Origin: Eledone cirrhosa
Lineage: Eukaryota
Length of the DNA stretch: 64,000 bases
Assembly (NCBI GenBank): GCA_964016885.1
Contig: OZ024746.1
Coordinates: forward strand, 77,004,001 to 77,068,000
Reading direction: 5' to 3'
Numbering within the stretch: the stretch's first letter is position 1; each line of letters starts with the position of its first letter. Below are positions 58,085-64,000 of the stretch, one piece after another. The position numbers were made by a program, and so were the translations under genes. The notes below the pieces were generated by a model. It was not told the DNA's origin. It saw only the letters and a program-made list of their open reading frames with translations, and did not search any database.

Positions 58085-59030
58085 AATAAACATACAAGAG
58101 ACTCGCTGGAGATGCTCATTTGTCCAGCTGTCTGACTTTCTATCAACATGGCTACCTGTCCATGTATCTATGCGAGGGATCAATCCTGTAACTAAAACTA
58201 CATTCCAATGTTCGAGTGTGCTGAATCTGGGAGACGATAGTATTCATTTTCCATCCCAGTAAAGAACTAGCCAGGATCTGTCATCAGGATAACTCGATGT
58301 CATAAGCGGATAACTCAATTTCCTGAGCCATCTTCTCGCGGTCACTGGTTCTTGCTCAAGAAACAATTGAGGGGGGCATCGATTGTTCAGAGACATCATG
58401 ACCAAGATTCTTCGTGATTGTGATGTAAGAAGTACTTGCTTGTTGTACCGATAGTTTTTCCCGTTGCCACGTGGCAACAAGAGTGGCGCCAAGAGTCGGC
58501 TTTAATCGCAGTGATTTTCGGGGCGGTGTTGACTTGAAGATTTCATCACCATCATCATCATCATCATCATCACTAATAGCTGAGCTGGATAATGATCTTC
58601 CAAGAGTTACTTTCTCGGGCATCTTCTTGACTTCTTCGTCCTGCTTTCTTTTTCCTACTTTTATATCATGAATCTTCATTGTTCTGCATCAACATCAGCT
58701 ATGAATGAAGACATCCAATCTTCCTGCTGTGTTTCAGAAGGGACATCCTTTCGTTCGAAAACGTACTGGCTTACAATGTCAAAAGTGTCCTCGACATCAC
58801 CTATCCAAATCTTACGCTTTGTCAGTCAACCTTGATTTTTCTTTTTTCAGTCCTTGATACTCCTTATACAATTTCTCGATTGAAGAGCGGATTTTTTTTT
58901 TCCTCGTTTTGGTAGGAATATTTGCTTCCCCCACACTTCCTGGATTTTCTGGCTCGTTAAAATGTCTTTTTTTTTTTTTTTAGGCAACTCAAATTGTCTC
59001 CCCGAGTTCGATGTGATGATACAGAAAACA
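58085..59030 (-). pseudogene. Decayed DDE transposase N-terminal half, hATm-like
   Basis: Fragments EVWGEANIPTK...IEKLYKEYQGLK, TFDIV, acidic linker, LSVQQAS..ITKNLGHDV, LVLYWDGK (cf. the HWDGK first catalytic Asp) and VVLVTG. It ends where a SINE begins at ~58080. The family call is from motif recall. Confidence 0.6.
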
Positions 59031-59467
59031 CCAGAGCACTTGTGGTGATGATGGTTGGTAGTTTTGGTGATGATGGTGGTGGTGGTGGTGGTGGTGGTGG
59101 TCGTGGTGGTCGTGGTGATGTAGATATGGTGTGGGTGTAGGTAATGGTGGTGGTAGTGGTGGTGGTGGTGGTGGAGTAATGATATTGGTAGTGCTTGTAT
59201 TAAAATGGTAGTGCTGGTGGTGGTGATGGTATTATAGTGTTGTGTAGTCGGTAGAGGCGATATTGGTGGTGTAAAATAACCCGGCCACTATCAACAAGTG
59301 ATAAAGATACATTTTCAATTTTTTTCTTTTTACATAGCTATTCAAAAAGCACCAAACTGTGTAACCCCTAAATATATCTTCTCGCATTTTCGCCTGTGTA
59401 GGTTATATGTCAAATGGATTCGACGTGGTGATTCAAACAAAACAAATCCCTTTAAATATGAAAGACC

Positions 59468-59499
<32 letters not shown>

Positions 59500-59939
59500 G
59501 TTTTGCGAGGTTTTTTATATGAAATCGTGTGTCGAAACAGATATTGTTATATTTGGGGAGGGTCATATTTGCGTAATATTTTCAGAAAACAGTGTCTTTC
59601 AATAACCTTTCAGCTTGGCACAAGCTAATGCCATAGCGGCGATGAATTAGTTTTGTTATTAATTCTGGCAATATTACGCAAATATGACCCTCCCCATTTT
59701 GTTATTAATTCTGGCAATATTACGCAAATATGACCCTCCCCATATATATATATATATATATACGTTATTCCGGGTTGAATCGGAGGTAACCACAGTAAGT
59801 AAGGTACTCAATACATTGCAGAGTATAAAAGTTTTAATATAGATGAGATTCTACAGGACTAGAACTGTTTCATTCTTTAGGATGATTTCTAAAGAATGAA
59901 ACAGTTCTAGTCCTGTAGAATCTCATCTATATTAAAACT

Positions 59940-59975
<36 letters not shown>

Positions 59976-59998
59976 TACATGCATATATATATATATAC

Positions 59999-60037
<39 letters not shown>

Positions 60038-60680
60038 TAAACATATATATATATATATATGAATAAACTATACATACTACATATACATAAATATACATGT
60101 GCAAATGTATATGTAAATATATGTGTGTGTGTATATATATATATATATATACATATAGATATAGATATGCATATAAACATTTATATACACACCCATATAT
60201 ATGTATTATATACACATAGAGAGAAAGAAAGAAAGTGAGAGGGAGACCCCTTTCGGTCACAAATGACCGTGGGTTTGCATGAGGTATAAGCCCGGGCAAA
60301 GTGTTTTTGTGGAAGACCACCAGTCATCCATACATACCAGACGCCCCTCCCCCACGCCCCCTAGGGAGAGGCAAATTCCGACACAGCCAAGTAAACTGGA
60401 GCAATGTGAAATATAGTATCCGGAGATCGAACTCACAACCTCTCCATTATAAATACAAATCTCTAACCACTAAGCCACGTGCCTTCACACACACACGTGT
60501 GTGTGAGTGTCTATACATACATATATATGTATTGTACATATATACACACATATATACATATATATACGTGTATATATGCATATATATATATATGTGTGTG
60601 TGTGTACACATATATACATATATATATGTGCATGTATAAATACATATATATAATATATATTTATACACACACACACACAT

Positions 60681-60743
<63 letters not shown>

Positions 60744-61127
60744 GGAGGTGAGTTTTATTGTAGTACAATAAAGCAATGCAGATATCGGATAAGAAGCACT
60801 CTACAGTTTGTAGGACTGGAGTATATATAATATATAAGAACAAAAGATGGCCAAAAGAGTTCCATGTATTTTACTATGCGCATCCCAAAAACAAATATCA
60901 TCATGCAACAACATCTGTGTTTTCATCAGACAAAACAGGAAGACACGACATGAAGGTAAAAAAACACCCGCGGACAGTGCAGCCCCAAATCAACATATGA
61001 TATATCATTTGTTTTTTTACCTTCATGTCGTGTCTTCCTGTTTTGTCTGATGAAAACACAGATGTTGTTGCATGATATTTGTTTTGGGGATGCGCATAGT
61101 AAAATACTCTTTTGGCCATCTTTTGTT

Positions 61128-61163
<36 letters not shown>

Positions 61164-61718
61164 TATACATGCACACACATATGTATACAATTAAATTAAT
61201 TCGCTACAACAATTACATAACACGAATAGGCATGTTTCATTAGCGTATCGAGATATGCCAACTCATAGATGTGTTGGAGTATCTCAGTACGCACACACAC
61301 ACACCTTTATATACATATATATTGTATGCCCTCCACCAAGTTCCGCCACCACTATACATGTATAATTTAATTTTTTAATTATGTTCTGTGCCTTTTCCTA
61401 AGGGGTTAATTTATTGACCCTCTTCTCATTTGCTAAGAAACGGGTATTATATCCAATTTATTCATCTCATGTATATATATAGTGAGAAATTTATTCATCT
61501 CATGTATATATATATGTGAGAAAAACCACAGACCCTCCATCTCAACTCACCTTTTGAAAAGCAGAAGAACTGCGAAACCGGTAAAGGAACCAAATAAATA
61601 TATATATGTTTTTTTTTAAATAAGACTCCAGCTGCATTTTCGATTTCATCTCTTTTTCTTTATACTTTCACTCGTGTAGGACACCTCGGTTATTTTTCAT
61701 TTTGTAAAAAAACCTCAC

Positions 61719-61750
<32 letters not shown>

Positions 61751-61944
61751 GAACCAGTAAGACCCCGACGGCTGAGCTCAAGCCGTTTCGACGGCTAATT
61801 CAGGACTAGTCCAGAATTAGCCGTCGAAACGGCTTGAGCTCAGCCGTCGGGGTCTTACTGGTTCCTATTACCCACTCTACTACCCTAAGTATTGAGTACT
61901 TTGGTGCGTTATGGTCCACCTGGTTCCTTACCACATTTCCTTCG

Positions 61945-61980
<36 letters not shown>

Positions 61981-62130
61981 ATACTTGGGGAGGGTCATAT
62001 TTGTGTAATATTGCCAGAATTAATAACAGAACACACTGTTATTAATTCTGGCAATATTACACAAATATGACCCTCCCCAAGTATAACAATATTTGTTTCG
62101 ACACACGATTTCATATAAAAAACCTCGCAA

Positions 62131-62179
<49 letters not shown>

Positions 62180-62284
62180 AGATATATAATTTGTTGGAAA
62201 TCCAACAATTATACTTTCCAGGGATAACTTGAACCGTTAAGGTATATCATCCTTGGTCATGTCAAATATTTATAAAACATTTTG

Positions 62285-62345
62285 TATTTTATCTGATGAT
62301 AGCGTACCAAAATGTTGGTACTCATGAAATATATATAATAGAATA
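62285..62345 (+). ncRNA. Minimal type I hammerhead ribozyme
   Basis: TATTTTAT-CTGATGA-(GTACCAA..TTGGTAC)-GAAA-TATATA-TA-ATAGAATA. Confidence 0.72.
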
Positions 62346-62390
62346 AATATGGTTTTATAAATATAGTTTCCATTTATTTAATATCAATTG

Positions 62391-62451
<61 letters not shown>

Positions 62452-62659
62452 AACGAGTAGGACCCCGACGGCTGAGCTCAAGCCGTTTCGACGGCTAATT
62501 CTGGACTAAAAAAAAAAAAAAAAGTCCAGAATTAGCCGTCGAAACGGCTTGAGCTCAGCCGTCGGGGTCCTACTCGTTCCTATTACCCACTCTACTACCC
62601 TAAGTATTGAGTACTTTGGTGCGTTATGGTCCACCTGGTTCCTTACCACATTTCCTCCG

Positions 62660-62711
<52 letters not shown>

Positions 62712-63106
62712 TCATTTATTATGGCTATTGGTGAGCTTTGTTACTATTTGTTACTCTGCGCATTCACGTCTTGTCTGGTGAGTACGGAGGTGAGACTCCA
62801 GAGTAACAAGGCTTAACCATAATAAATAAATATTTAAACTCTATTTCGGTATTGAGTTTTCATTCTTACGTCCATCAATAATTCACGTACTCTAAGGTCT
62901 TGAATAATCGTCCCCATCCCCTTATTAATTTGTCAGATCCACCTCAACCCCGGTTATTATTCCACCCCACTCCCACCCGCTTATTAAATTTTGCTATTCT
63001 ATCTCCGGAGAAATTTTATTGTAAGTGATTCATATTGATACAGCAGCTAGAGAATCTAATAATAATTTTATTTCACATTAAAAGAAACATTATATATGAC
63101 AAAAGA

Positions 63107-63290
63107 CGGTGAATTGGCAGTATCCGTAGAGAGTCGGACACCATGCTTTGAAGCATAGAGTTACGTCCCTTTATGATCTGAGTTCAAATCCCGCCGAGGT
63201 TAACTTTGCCTTTCATCCTTACGGGGTCGATAAAATAAAGTACCAGTAATACACTGGATAATTGCTGGCCTTGTGCCAAAAGTAGAAACA
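63107..63290 (+). mobile_element. SINE family A with 18-bp TSD
   Basis: TSD ATTATATATGACAAAAGA at 63089-63106 and 63291-63308. The paralogous empty site is at ~33037-33054. Confidence 0.92.
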
Positions 63291-64000
63291 ATTATATATG
63301 ACAAAAGAAGAACATTACAAGAAATCCCATATTTACGAACGTACACTATACAATTACTGATTTCCCAAGCCCCCGCCCCCCATTATTGCCACCCCTCCTA
63401 TTATTTGGGACCCGAGAGTGCCACCAAACTCTCCTCCTCACTATTTCTATCACACAAAACTCTCTTTTAATGCCCCTCTGTATCTACTAAAACTAAACTC
63501 TAACCCTCTCTATATCTACAATGACACCGCCTCTCTTATCCAACTCCCTATATCTAAGACTAATAGATTCTTTCACTCTCTATAAATATCTACACTTATG
63601 TCCCCCAATCACCCTCTGTATATCAAACACACCTTAACTCTCACCCTCTCTATATCGACTACACGGCACTCTCCCATTATCCTTCTCTGTATATCTACAA
63701 CCACCAAATTCTCCCCCTCTCTATATCAATTAACACCAAACTCTCACTCTATCACTACCAAACTCTCCCCCTCTCTATATCTATTAATCCTCTCCCTCTA
63801 TTCATCACCACCAAACTCTCACCCTCTCTACATCAACCATACAACATACTCTCCCAATCCCACTCTCTACATTAATTAACACCAAACTCTCCCTCTCCCT
63901 ATATCTACTAGACGGCACTCTCTTCCATTCGATAGACGTGCATTACTTCACTCCGGATTTTTACGGATTATTGTTCAAAAATCTGTGAGTTCATTGTTCA

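Overview
AT-rich eukaryotic DNA dominated by repeats. The (TA)n/(CA)n density and SINE content resemble an octopod-type mollusc genome (inference). I found no convincing intact host gene, and almost all ORF-track hits are microsatellite translations. Supportable content: (1) a near-complete but frameshifted ~6-kb autonomous Helitron (HUH Rep + Pif1 helicase, minus strand, ~23138-29150) plus several non-autonomous Helitrons, two of them head-to-tail; (2) a decayed Chapaev3/Transib-like (CMC) DNA transposon inserted with a TTA duplication into an RTE-type LINE RT fragment; (3) a decayed hATm-like transposase; (4) many copies of a tRNA-headed SINE with clear TSDs; (5) most notably, many short fold-back (inverted-repeat) elements of several families embedded in (TA)n tracts, carrying about 15 minimal type I hammerhead ribozyme motifs typical of Penelope-like element pLTRs, with several fold-back turning points just 5' of the ribozyme GAAA; (6) a 186-bp-arm inverted repeat carrying two divergent tRNA-like cloverleafs. 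Coordinates were read by eye, and all family assignments rest on motif recognition, not database searches.
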